Positions 33,246 to 47,548 of a stretch of DNA of 64,000 nucleotides are shown here, in pieces. The DNA comes from Amoebidium appalachense (Eukaryota; Protista; Ichthyosporea), in contig CAVNZM010000007.1 in NCBI GenBank assembly GCA_963693365.1, positions 11,118,640-11,182,639 of the forward strand. Reading direction: 5' to 3'. Position 1 is the stretch's first letter. Each line of letters begins with the position of its first letter. Below the pieces are notes generated by a model that saw nothing but the letters and a program-made list of their open reading frames with translations, ran no database searches and was not told the origin of the DNA. A program made the translations under genes and the position numbers.

Positions 33246-34459
33246 AAAAAAAAAGAAAGACACACACCCCAAAAGCGCACCCATCACCCTGGGCGCTCTT
33301 AGATGAGACATCACACACCAACCAGTTGAGGTTGGGGACACACCGAGGCCAGGTACACACATTCCTGGAAGCCTGAAAGCACACAAACAACCAACGACAA
33401 CCTAGAGACACAAAAGAGCAATGCCAAGTGCCCATTTATTTGACTCAGGCAGGCAGACCTATGTGTGGCCTATCCACATGTGGTTGTGCTGTAATCGTCA
33501 GCGTGGCTACTTGGGTCCATTGAACGAAGAATGGAGCATATGTGCGCGTGCTATGTGTGTGTGTGAATGTGTCTGTGCATGTGTATGTGTAACCCTGTGT
33601 GTGTCTGTGTGTGTGTGTGTGTTTGCGTGAGTGAGTGAGTGAGATGAGTGAGTGAGTGAGTGTGTGTGTGTGTGTGTGTGTGTTTGTGTGTGTGTGTGAG
33701 CACGCACCCGAAGTTGATGTCCGTGGTTGTGTCTAGGGCCAGGGTGTCCATCAGGCCGAATGCGTAGCTGCTGGGGGCCTTATTCTTGCTGTGCAGCCGC
33801 AGCTGCCGTGTGCTCTCCGTGTCCAGATAGTGCACCCCTGCGGCCCAAAACACATCAATGCCCGTGCATGCTGCTCACAAGGGGTGGTGGTGCTAATGTG
33901 ATGCAACAGTAGCCATAGTGGTGTGGGTTGGGTGGGTAGGGGGCTGGGGCCTGAGGCGGGGAAGTAGATTATTGGGCAGGTGCACATGCAGACAAAGAAA
34001 GACTTCATTGTACACAGATACTGCTAGAGCACGAACGAACGCATGGACATGCAGGCTGCATGATTGGCCAACTGTAAATCTGCTCATATGCCCCCATATC
34101 CACAGGTTGGCACCAAACAGGTGCACTGTGCTATGCAAAGGTACATGCGCGCTGGTAATATGCCATAACATGCTAGTGTACGTGTGTTGGATGTATGTAT
34201 ATATATGGCCAGCCATTTCACGTGACAAGTGCACCTTCGGTGTCTATGGTGAGCTAATAAAAACGGTGGCATGTGGTTGGTGTGCGTGTGCGTGTGCGTG
34301 TGTGCTCGTGTGTGTGTGTGTATGCGCGTACAGGCACGTGTGTGCAGGCCTCTTTCCTCTCTGTCCCCCTCCCTGCCCCTCCCTCCCTCTCCCAATCTCT
34401 CTTTCTCCCTTTCTTTTGTCACCCCCCACCCCCCTTTCCCTCGGCCACTCTCCCCCTCT

Positions 34460-34510
<51 letters not shown>

Positions 34511-34532
34511 CCGCCCCAGGGGGGGCTTGGTG

Positions 34533-34565
<33 letters not shown>

Positions 34566-36123
34566 TGCGTGTCTTACTACTGAGATGGTGCACGGATGCA
34601 AGGAAACAAGGCAGTGAGGGGTGACAGGATGCGTGTGGCGGTGGTGTCCCCAAGGGAAGGGGGCAGGGGGGGGGGGGGCTTTTTTCTGTGCGCGCAAGGC
34701 TCGTGTCTCCATGCATGCAAAAGCACTTGGGCCTGTGTGCAGCACGTACCCAGCAGCAGACTGTAGTCCATGATCTTGAAGCTGGCTAGCACCTGCGCCA
34801 TACAACTCAGCACTGGCCAAGGTGCTGGGGGCCTGGGTGGGCACGTGCACACATGCATGCATCGATCCCTCCCCCTCCCCCCCCCCCCCCCCCCCTCCCC
34901 TCCCCCCCCCCTGTACCATAGTGTGTGTGTGTGTGCATAAGGCCAGTATATGGCTGTGTGGATGTGGGTGATTATGAACGCGGGGATGTGTGCGCAAGCG
35001 TGCAGACCAGTGCCTGTGCATTTGTTTTTGTGTATATGCAGGTGAATGTGGGTGTGTGGTGTGTTCATGTGTGCATGTGTGTTTGTGTGGATGCAGGATG
35101 TGGGTGTGTGGTGTGTTCATGTGTGCATGTGCAGGTGAATGCGCTCCCGTGTGCGTGTGGGTGTGTTCATATGTGCATGTACACATGTGTATTTATCTGT
35201 AAATACTGCACGTGTGCTCATGTGCTCATGTGTGCATGTGCTAAATGTGGACATATGAATGTGCTCATTTGCCCATATGTGCACGTACCCTGCAGTCCCT
35301 CTCGAGGGTGCGCATGAGTGCCTGGTACGTGTTTGCCTCCAGCCTTAGTCCCCCCGCATGCATCTCAAGAAAGTCAAGGTCCTGCAGCCCCATCAGCACA
35401 CAGCCACAGCGCACGTGCACACAGACACCATGCACCACACAAACACACACATACCTCGCTGACACACACAGATTATAGGTACACACACACCACATGGTAG
35501 GCACACATACCACACACACACAGCGTATCTGACACACACATGCATACCACACATGCACCCAAAACAACAACACACACCACTTACACATTAAAAGCACACA
35601 CGATACATAAGGACACACACAGTAGACAAGCACACACAATACAAAGGGGCACCATGTACAAGCCCTGCATACACACACACAAAACATAAGAGCACACACG
35701 GCACAAAAGCTCATACCCACACACCATGCTCACACAAAAACAGCAAGTGTACACACACAGCACACCAGCACACATCATAGTAGACACACGCTCACAACAA
35801 ATGCATAAGCACACCTTCGCACAGACTGTGTCCTGCAAGAACACACTTGTAACACACACAGAGTCATGCAACCATGCCCCCCCCCCCCCCCCCCCCCCCC
35901 TTCCCCTTCCCCCCACCCTTCCTGCCCACCTTATATGTGGGACTCTTCTTTGCTTTCTCCTTGGCTGAAGCCACTCGGCCCAGCGTAGATCCCTGCCGTG
36001 GCCCAGTTAGCCCCCCCCCCCCCCCCCCCCCCCCCCGAAAACCCCACCCCCACAACCACAACCACCACCACCACACACACAAAACCACCACTACCGATAA
36101 ACAGATCAACTACACGGCAACCC

Positions 36124-36156
<33 letters not shown>

Positions 36157-36993
36157 AGCGCCGGAGAGAAAGCCTGCACCCCTTCTGCTACACTCTCCCA
36201 TCCCACTGCCCCTAACAAACACCACTCACCACTATCTGCTAACCCCTAGCCCCCCCCCCCCCCACACACACACACACTATCCCAATCCCACCAGTCCCCT
36301 GCCCTCTCTCTCCAACGGCTCCCATCCAACCAATCCGCTCCCCTGCCAACCATGTAATCCCCGATCACGATCGAAATCCCTGCCAATCCTCCCTCCCCCC
36401 CTCCCCCTTCCCCCCCCCCCAAACAATGCACTCCCTCCAAAACCCTTCCCCTGCACCCCGTAACTAACAACCCCCCTTGAACCGTCACACCCCCTCAAGC
36501 CCCCTCCCTCCCCATCCCCGCTCCCCCTGCGCACCTTGAGATCGTATCGCTCATCAGATGCGATGTGAGAGGGCAGGATGTTGTTCATGATGGTGAAGTG
36601 GATGCTGCGGCCCATGTGTGTGCGATAGCAGTACAGCCCAAAGAACTTGGGCAGTAGCGTCTTGGTGTTCTGCGTCAGGTTCTGCACAGACACCCCCTCA
36701 GCACAGCCCCATGCACAAATCACCAGCCCACGTCCCCCCCCCCCCCCCCTTCTCCCCCCCCCCCCCCCCCCTAAAAAAAAACCCTCCGACTCATCACCCC
36801 TCCCTCCCACCATCGAACCTCTTCCATGCAAACAAATATCTATTCCCCCCCCCCCCCCCCCCCTGCATAGGAGAAGGAAAAAAGGGGCGGCACTTATCCA
36901 ACCCATCATGAATGACCAACTTCTAATATCCACCAGGCCACCACCCCTGAAATCCATTTGCAAGACCCCCCTAACATGTGCGCCACTTGTGCA

Positions 36994-37040
<47 letters not shown>

Positions 37041-38094
37041 AATACTCCTTGTGCCATCTGCAGCACACACACCTTCTGTTACCCCCCCCCCCCCCCATCC
37101 CCCCCCCCCCCCCCCCCCCCCCCGCCACCCCACACCGAAAAGCGCTTGCCACGCAACCACCATGGCTCCATAGCCCCCTCACCAGAAAGTAGCCGGGCAG
37201 CAGCTTGCGCAGGAACACGGCCTCCCTCGACTGCACGGTCTTGATGATGAAGTTGTCGTCAGGCGACAGATAGAACAGGGACCCACTGGCCCCGGGGTTG
37301 GACAGCTCCTTGAGCCGCTCATTGCACAGCGACACCTGTGCACACAGTAGTTAATGGGTGTGCACACAGTCGTTAATGGGTGTGCACACAGTAGTTAATG
37401 GGTGTGCACACAGTAGTTAATGGGTGTGCACACAGTTAGGAGTTTGCATTAGGATGAAGAGGTTGCGGGGTAAAGAAAAACGGTAGTGATAGTGTGGGGG
37501 TGCAGTGGTCTGGTGATGATGTGACGATGTGGGTGGTGGTTGTGGTGGTGGTGGTGGTGGTGGCGGCGGCACTGGCGACGGGTGTACTGTTGGTGGTGTG
37601 TCTTATGTGGCTATATGTCGTTCAAGGTGAATAGGTGGATTTTGGAGGGGTTTAAGGTGGGGGAGGGAAAGGGAAGGGGTTCACGCACCAGGAAGTCCTC
37701 CGGATTGATGCCAAAGGCCTCACGGAAGTACCTACACGCCACGTCAGACACCAAATACTGAAACCCCCCCCCCCCCCCCCAACACACACACACACCTGAA
37801 GACCTTTGGTGCATAAGTTTTGAAGGTGAAGTCTGGGTGGCGGTGTGCCGGTGTGTACACAGACCCCTCACTGCGCCCCCATGAGTCAGCACCCACACTC
37901 TTTCAACCCCCCCTGTGAACCCATAAACTCCACTCCCCCAAATACACCCTGCACGCATGCATAGTCACTACAGCACCGACCCCCCCCCCCCCCACACACA
38001 CAAGATTTTGTCATATCCGTGGCCCATGGCAACTCATAAACAAGTGACGTCATGCATAGCAGCAAATGCACCTTCTAAACCCTCCTGTCCTCCA

Positions 38095-38128
<34 letters not shown>

Positions 38129-38277
38129 GTGTGCACGTGCACACACCCCTACAGTATCATCCCCCTCCCCCCCCCACCTCGGACAATCGACGACCTCTAT
38201 CTCCTCAAAGTCTTCCATCAGTATGTCTTTGCGCTCCTTCGGGTTGATGCCCCCAATCTGCAACCATATATATCAGT

Positions 38278-38355
<78 letters not shown>

Positions 38356-38466
38356 TGTGTGTGTGTGGGCACGTGCACACAGCACACCTTTGTGTTCATG
38401 TGTGCGTTTCTCTGTGTCCAGGTGTTTGCCTGTATCCCAGTGCCTGTGTGCGTCTTTGTGCCTATG

Positions 38467-38530
<64 letters not shown>

Positions 38531-38564
38531 TGTGTCTGTGTAGGTTGTATCCTATGTCTGTGTG

Positions 38565-38601
<37 letters not shown>

Positions 38602-38981
38602 ACGGGTGAAGCACGTGTGCATTCGTATCTGTGCATATGTGTGTGCCTCTGAATCGACCTGTGTGCGTGTGTGTGTCTGTCTGTCTGCAGTGTGTGTGTG
38701 TGTGTGTGTGTGTGTCTGTATTAGTGTGCCTGTGTAGAAGTGTATTGCTTGCGTGTACATGTGCACCTATGTTCTTGCATGCCTCTGTGCACGCTTCTGT
38801 GTGGTGTGCATGGGTCTCACCCTGTGGGCCTTACCGAGTGTCTCAAACCAAACTGTATGCCTGCCATGATGTCTGATGAGTCGGCCTTCTTGTAGGTCGT
38901 CGACCCATCGGCCATCACCCTGTGCCCTTGTGGTCAGTCACCAGTTGCATGCATGCATGCTTGAGGGGGTGCATGTGTGTA

Positions 38982-39047
<66 letters not shown>

Positions 39048-39548
39048 TGTTTGAAGGGGTGCATGTGTGTGCGTGTGTGTGTGTGCGTGTGTGCATGAGG
39101 GGAGGGGGGAGGGGGGGGGGGGGGGGAAGGAGTGTTTTTTGGAAGGGGGCATTCAGGAATGCTTTTTTTCTTTTTCTTTTTCTTTCTTTTTTTTCGGGGG
39201 GGGGGGGGAGGGGGTAGGGGGGAGGGGAGGGGGGGGGGGGAGGGGGGGGGTAGAATGCAGACTACGGTACAAAGTGCAATTACACAATGAACAACACTGT
39301 ACACGACAACTGAAAAGGCAAACAGCCAAGGATGCAACATTAGCAACACGTGCAGTATGCTAAACCCTAACATTAGCAACACGTGCAGTATGCAGCATCC
39401 CCAGAGCCCAGCCTCAGGGGGCGCCGGTGGGGGTGCATACGTAATCGTAAGTGTTTGGGAGTAAGGGGACCACGGCGGGAGGGGAGGGGGGGGGGGGGGG
39501 GGGGGGGATTGTGCATCCATTGATGTTTTTTTTTTTTGGTGTGTGTGT

Positions 39549-39589
<41 letters not shown>

Positions 39590-40692
39590 TGCAGGAGCGT
39601 TGGGGGTGGCGGTAGCGGTGCGGGGTGTGGGTATATAGATGTGTTCACGTGTATGGCGGGAGTTGTTTTTTCAGGGAGAAAAAGGGGGGGGGGGGGACCG
39701 GAGTGTGTGCATCTAAGCAGTGGGGGGTGGTGGCACACGAAAACGCAAGTGACTGCAGCATGCAGGTCATACTAGATATTTGGGGCGGCTGAGCAAGCCA
39801 TGGGTGGGTGGTGCACAGGCAGGCCGGTGGCTGAAAGGGGTGGAAGGCAGCGGTAGGCGCCTTCGGGGGTAGGGGGGAGGGGGGAGGGGGGAGGGGTGTG
39901 CAAAAGCGGTACTAGGAAACATGATGCTTGGATTGAAGGTGGCCAGGAGGTGGGAGTAAAGAGGTTCAAGGGCCTGTGTGCTTGTGGTATTCGTGAGCGT
40001 GCAAGGGCTAGGGCATCGCTGAGTGCACACGTGTGTGGCCAAAAGCTTGTGTGGACTCTTTTTGGGCACAGGGCCGTGTGAAGGGGTGCGCAGTTGCACA
40101 GCTTCGGACTTTGAGCACGCAGAAAGCGGACAAGAGGTGTGTTGGTGTGTCTAATGCAGTAGTTGTGTGTGTGCTTGCCTCTGTGTGCGCGCTCATGTGT
40201 CTGTGTGTGTGTGTATGTGTGCACGAGCACACGCGCGTGCGTGCGCGTAGATTACGTGTAGTGTGTGTGTGTGTGAGTTTGTGTGTAGCATAGGGTTGCT
40301 TGTGTGTGGCATAAAGTCTGCTGCCCACCCATGTAAAACTTTGCAAGTGGCTGTGTGCCCTATGTGGCTATGTGCGTGTGCGTGTGCGTGTGCGTGTGCG
40401 TGTGCGTGTGCGTGTGCGTGTGCGGCTTTATGTGACTGTGTACGTGTGCGTGTGCGTGTGCGTACCTGCGGTGGCCCCTCTTCTCCGCCGTGCGCCTGTG
40501 CATCCTGTCTGTGTTCAGGCGGCCGCTGTCGGGCAGCGAAGTGAGGGAGCTGCGGGGGTCGTGCACCTGCAGGGGGCCTATGGCCGGGGCGCTGGCCGTG
40601 CTGGGCGCCAGGCTGGCCGTGCTGGCCCCCGTGCTCAGCGTGCTGCCCTGCGGGCTCAGCGCGCCCCCGTCGTGCCGCGCCAGCGACGCCAT
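31117..40692 (-). CDS. PIP5K1: Type I phosphatidylinositol-4-phosphate 5-kinase, ~13 exons
   Basis: Exons encode [22 protein letters not shown] (~38919-38835), [12 protein letters not shown] (~38200), [15 protein letters not shown] (~37700), [34 protein letters not shown] (37335-37182), [11 protein letters not shown]...MNNILP...YDLK (~36680-36535), GSTLGR...PTYK (~36000), DLDFL (~35380), [11 protein letters not shown] (~34770), [10 protein letters not shown] (~32970) and [16 protein letters not shown] (31623 onward). These are the hallmark PIPK motifs in order. Confidence 0.95.
31632..32895. repeat. 34-bp minisatellite (~27 copies) decaying into ~21-bp units; fills the last PIP5K intron
   Basis: CATGCATGCACACAGTGAGTTCCAACCCAGTYAC units are directly visible. 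Confidence 0.95.
37338..37436. repeat. 22-bp tandem repeat, ~4.5 copies, abutting a PIP5K splice acceptor
   Basis: TGTGCACACAGTAGTTAATGGG units. Confidence 0.9.
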
Positions 40693-41405
40693 GGTGGGTG
40701 CCTGCGTGCGCTCACTGCATGCTGCCGCCCCACGCCCGCTGTCCCTGCTCTCCCTGCCTCTGCGCCTGTGTGCGTGGGGGCAAAAAGCTCCCTGCGGTGG
40801 AAACGTACGGTGGCTCGCCGTGCTGGCCGCATACGCTGCAAAACCCAGCTGTCTTAGCGCAAAGCAGCGCCCTTTCTCTACCAGCAAAACAGAGAACTAA
40901 AGACTCGGCACCAGCGCTAGCATGAGCTGGCGACTGACCGTCCGTGAGCGGGAGATGAGGCGCGCTGCCGTCAACAGCTGCTCAAAACTGATCGAGAGAT
41001 GGCCTGTGATTGGACATATGTCATGCCCTGCTACGGCCGCCCTGGTCACTCAACCACGGAAACCCTACTATAACCCTTTTTTTCAGAGGGCCGTGACTCA
41101 ACACGAAGGGGGACCGTGCCATGGCACACTGAGCTGACATGCTCACCTGGCACAGTGTATTCACTACGCGTGGCCCTACATGCTCACCTGGCACAGGTCA
41201 ACCTACTTTCGGGCCAGCTAAACCATAGGCCAGGCCGGGGAGTGGCCCGATTCGCCAATTTGACCGCTGTCCCCCCCTAGCTGGCTCAGCTGATGTGTGA
41301 AAGAGTCCCTCATACATAGGCCGGAACGGCTAAGTCAGTACGTGCCAGGCCCTCCTCCGGAAACTGCGGCCGGCCAGTCGCACCCCCGCAGCACGCTGGA
41401 CCCAC

Positions 41406-42176
41406 GTGGCCGGCGCTGGGTGCGGTGGCGATAGCTATAGTACACTCCTGTCCCTTGAAAAAATAAGAGCTACCTCAGGAGGTAGCAGGAGGACACCTAC
41501 CTGCCCTGAAGGTACTGTACTGGACATGAGGGCTGTCGGAAACACGGTCGTTCCCAAGGAGGTCACCCTGTCCTCGGTTGCTGCGGGTGATCCAGCCCTT
41601 CTGGCGGCCCTGAAAAAAGCTTCTCTGAGCGAGGATGACCCCCTTCTGATATTCGACTGGAACCCCGACGGCGTGGCCAAGTTTCTTGCAGCCGCCGCCA
41701 CATATGTAGGTCCTCCTCCGCCATTTCCGCTTCCCAACCCCTGCACCGCCAGCGACTTCCAGCGGGGCCTTCTGGAGTACGTTCGCTCTTTGGGTCCTCC
41801 AGGCGCCCCGATTCCCATTGGGGAGGGTGGGTCTGCCGGGCACGATGGAGTCTTACAGCATGGCTCTCTGCAACCTCACTCGCTTCAGCGACCTGGGTTG
41901 GGCCCCGGGTGTCCTTGCCAACACGAACCCGCCCGCTACTCCTATCGCTACGTTGTACACGCGTCAGGCTGGTTGGCGGACGGACCAGCTGATCAAGGTT
42001 GCCCCTGCAGGCGGCATTTGGGGCTAGACGAAAGGACTGGTTTCACAGCTTCACAGGCGCCACTGGAACCGTCGCTTTCGAGAGTTTATTGGGGCATCGC
42101 TTGGTGGAGGAGTTTATTGTTCCTGCTTACACCGCCAGTGTGTCAAAATGGCCAACTTGTCGTACCACTTGATTAG
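41406..42176 (+). other. Intronless 256-codon ORF of unknown origin, possibly a transposon remnant
   Basis: Microsatellite-free block with a long ORF. No motif recognised. Confidence 0.25.
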
Positions 42177-42308
42177 AGCCTTGCAGAAGTTTGGGATCGC
42201 GACTCTCTTGCTTTCTTTTGTTGAAACATAGGCAATGGACCTTATGAGAAATGGAGCTAAATACAGAGGTAGGCCGAATTTAAGAGTACGTGGATTTTGG
42301 CCCTAGCC

Positions 42309-42336
42309 CTACCACCTACTGAGGCGGTGTCTCCTT

Positions 42337-42370
<34 letters not shown>

Positions 42371-42430
42371 AAAGCCGCCTGAGTAGATGTTAAAACGTCG
42401 CACGTGCGGCAACACGTCAGTACGTGTTAG
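42309..42430 (-). mobile_element. Small MITE, copy 2, with a perfect 9-bp TSD GCCCTAGCC
   Basis: Reverse complement of 30869-30961 with an expanded T-tract. TSD at 42300-42308 and 42431-42439. ~23-bp imperfect TIRs. Confidence 0.75.
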
Positions 42431-43299
42431 GCCCTAGCCCGCTGAAATCTTATTTTTGCAACTCCTAGCCCAGAATCTTAATTTTCAAGGCCTTTGGCGG
42501 CCCAAGATCTTAACACTTAATACTGATAACCCGCCCTCCCCCTCCCCGCCCTCCTCCCTTCCTCCCCGATATGGCCACCACCACACCGGTGTTTGCACCA
42601 ACACCTGCGTGCGCATGTGCGCCCAGGTGTGTGGGAGGGGTCAGGGGGAAGGGAGGCGGGGGGGGGGGGGGGGGGGGGGGGGACTTATGTCATGACACTG
42701 TACACAAGTGCCTGTGCTTGAAATCGAATGTGCACGTGCAAACTTTCACACCTCCACACACCTACACTACTTGTGTGTTTTGCCTGTGCCTGTTGTGCAT
42801 GCAACTGTGACGGTGTGTGTGGGTTTGTGTACGTGTTTGGTGTGTGTGCCTTTATGTGTGTGTGTGGCGTGTGTGCCGGGTGTGTGTGTGTGTACGGTGC
42901 CACAGTGTGTGTGTGTGTGTACAGTGTGTGTGTGTGCGTGTGCATGTGTGCGTGTACGTGTTTGGTGTGTGTGCCTTTATGTGCGTGTGTGTGTGTGTTG
43001 TGCGTGTGTGTCACTGTGTACGGTGTGTGTGTGTGCCACGGTGTGTGTGTGTGTGGCGTTTGTGACGTGCGTGTGCGGTGTGTGTGTCTGTGTGTGTGTG
43101 TGTGTGCGGTTTGAATGTGTGTGTGTAGGGGGAGGGGGGGGGGGGGAGGGGGGGAGGGAGAGAGAGAGAGAGAGGGGGGCAGCGTGGATTGTTGAATGTC
43201 GATGCTTGGGGAGGGTAAGCCTTTCAACCCTCCCCCCTCCCCCCCCCCCCCCCCCCCAAAAAAAAAAAAAGAAAAAAAGTTTGGGACTAACCCTTTAAT

Positions 43300-43540
43300 G
43301 ACATATGTGAATAATTTGCCGACTGGAACTTTTCCTGAGGGGGGGAGGGGGGGGGATACATAAGAGAGAGAGAGCCGGAGTCAGGGTGATCATGAAGGAG
43401 TGCCTCGGAGACCGTCTGGCTAGAGAAAGGAATGAAGTGAGAGGAAAGGGAGGATTCCGAAGAGAATCAAACTGATAGTGGTGAAAAAAAGGATCGGGAA
43501 GGAGGGAGGGATGATGGGGGTGGCGGCTTTTTTTTTTTTG

Positions 43541-43576
<36 letters not shown>

Positions 43577-44343
43577 TGCATGGTAGTGGTGGTGGTGGTT
43601 GGGGGGGGGAGGGGGGGGGGGGGGGGACAGATTGATAGATAGGTGAAAGAATAATACCAACTTGTAAAGTTGGCCCAAACCGGAAGAAATCACATACTGA
43701 GTGGTCCGGAGGGAAGAAAGGATGATGGGGGGGAGGGGGGGGGGGATCTTGGGGCTCAATATCGGTGATGAAGTTTATTCCACTTAGTCATACTGGTGTT
43801 TGGACGGTGAGTGGCCGGGAAAAGGGAAATAGAAGAGTCCCTTGCCGTGTGGGTGAGGAAGGTGGTCGAACGAAGCGGCACCTCACACTCCTTGCTATAC
43901 ACACCAGCGCCACTCCACCTTCGGGTATGTCGTGCCGCACGCAGGAGGACACACAAGAGGAACAGAAGGAATGCCTATAGGGAATGCGGTGGCGGTGGTG
44001 TTGATGGTGGTAGCGGTGGCGGCATGGGGGTTTAAAGGAAAAGGGGGGGGAGGGGGGAGGGGGGATGAGGACAGGCCTAGGTGAGCTTCAGGCAGGATGG
44101 GGTTTGAGGACGGTTGGGGGGGGGGGAGGGGGAGAGCGAGGAAATGGAAGAACAGAAAGGACCAGTGAGAATCTAGTATTGAAGGGCAGTGTGCAGAATC
44201 AAGGTTGGGCAGCCCCAGCATGTGTATCGAAATTTCGAGCCCAAATTTTTTATCCGGCATCCACAGCCTTTAGGCAGACTGGCCCTAAGGAAATGTGTGT
44301 GCATGTGTGTGTGTGTGGTGGTGGTGGTGGTGGTGGTGGTGGT

Positions 44344-44396
<53 letters not shown>

Positions 44397-45250
44397 CTTG
44401 AAGGAGGGGAACGTTTTTGCAGTCCGAATGAATCTTATTCGTGCATACGTATATACCAGTGAGCAAGAGAAGGCGGGGGATTGGTCGGGTACCAGGGCTG
44501 ACGGGGAGAGAGGTTAACAAGGGGGGGGGGTGTCAGGGGAGACTCTGAGAGAACTGCGCTGTGCCGTAGGCGCTGATACCAGTGTTGCAATATCAGAAGG
44601 CTATCAGCTCCACCTTATACCAGTGGGTTTCGCTGCTCATTTTCAATTGATTGGAGGATACACTGCCTTTTATGGGGATTACAATTTAATTTGTTTCGTG
44701 TTCAGAAGGGAAACTATCATAATACAGTTGGCAATATGTTACCTGCTGCTGGGTGGGTTATTTCTGGCTGTCTAATTGGGCCGCCGCCGGCCGCGCGTGG
44801 GGGAGGGGGCGGGGGGGGGGAGGGAGGGGGGGGGGGGGGGGAAGGGGGGGGGGGGGGGGGTAGCCTGATTTTGTCTATTTTAGATTCAAGGGAATGTGCA
44901 CAGAGCTCGACGACTGGCTGGAGAAAGGAATAAAGTGAGAGAAGAGGGAGGAAGAGACGGATTGGCGGCTTCAGTAGTACACCTTACATCCGACAAATCA
45001 TAGGTAAAGATGAAGGCTGGGAGAAAAAATAAGATGCCGGGGGGAGAGGGGGCAGGGGGGAGGGGGGGGGGGGGGGGGAGGGAGGCGGGAGGGGGGGAGA
45101 GGGGAAGGGGGGCGGTGGTTGGATCCGGAGTCGGACTGTGGCTTCCCTGTGCACAATTAATCAAACAAGTTCAAGTACAGCATATCATTTTTCTTTTCTT
45201 ATTGCTTGAATTTTCCCGGAAGCTCTTGCGTTTACCAATCAATAGACCGA
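43300..45250 (-). pseudogene. Possible highly degenerate non-LTR retrotransposon (AP-endonuclease-like) remnant
   Basis: One minus frame near 43900-43950 reads VRHDIPEGGVALVCIA, resembling the R-x-D...GGVA motif of LINE endonucleases. The rest is broken by stops and poly-G tracts. Confidence 0.2.
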
Positions 45251-45339
45251 AAAATTCGATGTGTGTGTGCGTGCGTGCGTGCGTGTGGGTGCGTACGTGT
45301 ATGTGTGTGTGCGCGTCACGGTGTGTGTGTGTGTGTGTG

Positions 45340-45405
<66 letters not shown>

Positions 45406-45493
45406 CGCGCACACGCGTGTGCACGTGCGCGCGCGTGTGTGTGCGTGCGTCACAGTGTGCGTGCGTGTGTGCGTGCGTGCGTGCGTGCGTGCA

Positions 45494-45524
<31 letters not shown>

Positions 45525-45732
45525 CACGGTGTGTGTGTGTACGCATGTAGCACTGCAAAGAAAGAGTGTAACGGTTTACAGTAATGGGCTCACGGTGCCC
45601 CGACACGTGCCTTAACTAATAATTCACTACTAATATTTATGGCCGCCTTTATGTGCGAAAATGTGTGCACGGGTGTGTACATTTGGATTTTGTGCTCAGT
45701 TGTCACTGGGTGTGTTTGTGTGTGTGGTGTTA

Positions 45733-45802
<70 letters not shown>

Positions 45803-46217
45803 CACAACGTGTGTATGTATGTGTTCGTCTCACGGTGCACGGTGTTTGTGTGTGTGCCTTTTGTGTGCCCCCCCAACCCCCCCCCCCCCCCCCCCCCCCC
45901 CCTCCCCCCCCTCCCCCCCCCCTCCCCCCCCCCCCCCCCCCCCCCCCCCACCACCACCCAAAAAAAAAGAAAGAAAAAAAGGGGAAAAAAAGACCACATC
46001 CCTCAGCCCAGAAAAAGGACCTACAGGAAGAAAGGGGGGGGGGGGGGAAGGGGGGGGGGGGGGGGGAGGGGGGGGGGTAAAGTAAGATAATGAACCCTAT
46101 GGCCAAGAAACCCAAGATCCTAGAGCCTAAACGTTCCGGATGAATTCATGCTGTTATCCTAAAGTGAGTGACCCCGTCATATATACATCATATGTACGTG
46201 GATATGTTAAGACTTTC

Positions 46218-46251
<34 letters not shown>

Positions 46252-46445
46252 TGCCGAAAAACGCTTTGGGAAAAGCGCTTGGGATAATCTTGGGCGGCAC
46301 AAAAATATAAACAGACACGGCCCTACTCCCCGCCCCCCTTATTATTACCCAGTGACCCACAGTGACTGAACATGTACAGTAATACCCACTCACTGAGCCC
46401 GCATCCCCCCCCCCCCCCCCCCCCCTCCCCCCCCCCCCTCCCCCC

Positions 46446-46491
<46 letters not shown>

Positions 46492-46689
46492 CCCGAGCCC
46501 TCCCAGCCTCCCCCCCCCCCAAAAAAGGGACGCGCTCCCCTCCCCTTCCCGCCCCATCCCCGGCCCCGGCCCCGGCCCCGGCCCCGGCCCCGGCCCCGGG
46601 CAGCAATATATTCAATCCACAGTAGGCGGCTACAGTCCCCTTTACCCACTACATGAGTCCCCCTCCTCCCTATGTATCGATATATCCAC

Positions 46690-46728
<39 letters not shown>

Positions 46729-47548
46729 CCCCCCCCCCGAGTCCCCGGAGGTTCTTAAAGCTTTGCATGGGGATCCGGAAAAAAAGTTTGAGGAATTCAA
46801 AACGTTTCGCTTTTTGGAAATTTCGATCCCTGTTGAGTACCCAGTAAACAATGCGCCGATTGGCTGTCACAAAGACAAGCAAACAGGGGTTGCAATTGAA
46901 CTTGGCCCATTTCAAGACGGTCGTCGCACGGGGAAAATAATGTGACAAGTAACGCTAACACTGACCGGGTGCCCTGCTGGTTGCTCCTGGTAGGTAAAAA
47001 GACCTCGACTATATTTCAAATGAAAAGCAAGTTTTTTAGATGATAAAGCGATCTGATGGCTGTCCTGGCACTGCACAAAAGGAAATACTCTGCGATGCTA
47101 ATTGCAACCCTGATTCAAAAAAGCGGTGGTGCGAGGAGGGCATAAAAAGTCTAACGTATCAGTTCTGCAACATTATACAACAAGCGGCATGGAATGGTGT
47201 AATACAAACAGACTGAAATACCGTAAAGCAAGCATTATAGTGTACAGGAAAAATATTTTCAGTAGTGGAATACCAACAAAACAGTTAGGAGCCGGTTGTG
47301 TTGCACCAGTGCGACAACTTTGAACATGTTTGTATGTTGTTGGCGGGAATAGCATATACTGGATAGCATTTACCCTCCTCGGGAAGGCATTCCAAACTGC
47401 ACCCTCTACAGACTACATGTGTACACTTTGCTGGCCGCCAAATCCAAACATGTACTACACAGGCCTTTCTCATATATGCCTCAGTGTTCAGTCAGGGCCA
47501 CAGTTAGTAAGTGAGCCTGCAGCCTCGGGGCTGCCTGTGACTGCAGGG

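Noticed and set aside
39336-39393. Short duplication around TAAACCCTAA as a telomere remnant
   Set aside because: A single motif in a two-copy intronic repeat is too little evidence.
30869-42430. Composite transposon carrying PIP5K between inverted MITEs
   Set aside because: Each MITE has its own different TSD, so they inserted independently.
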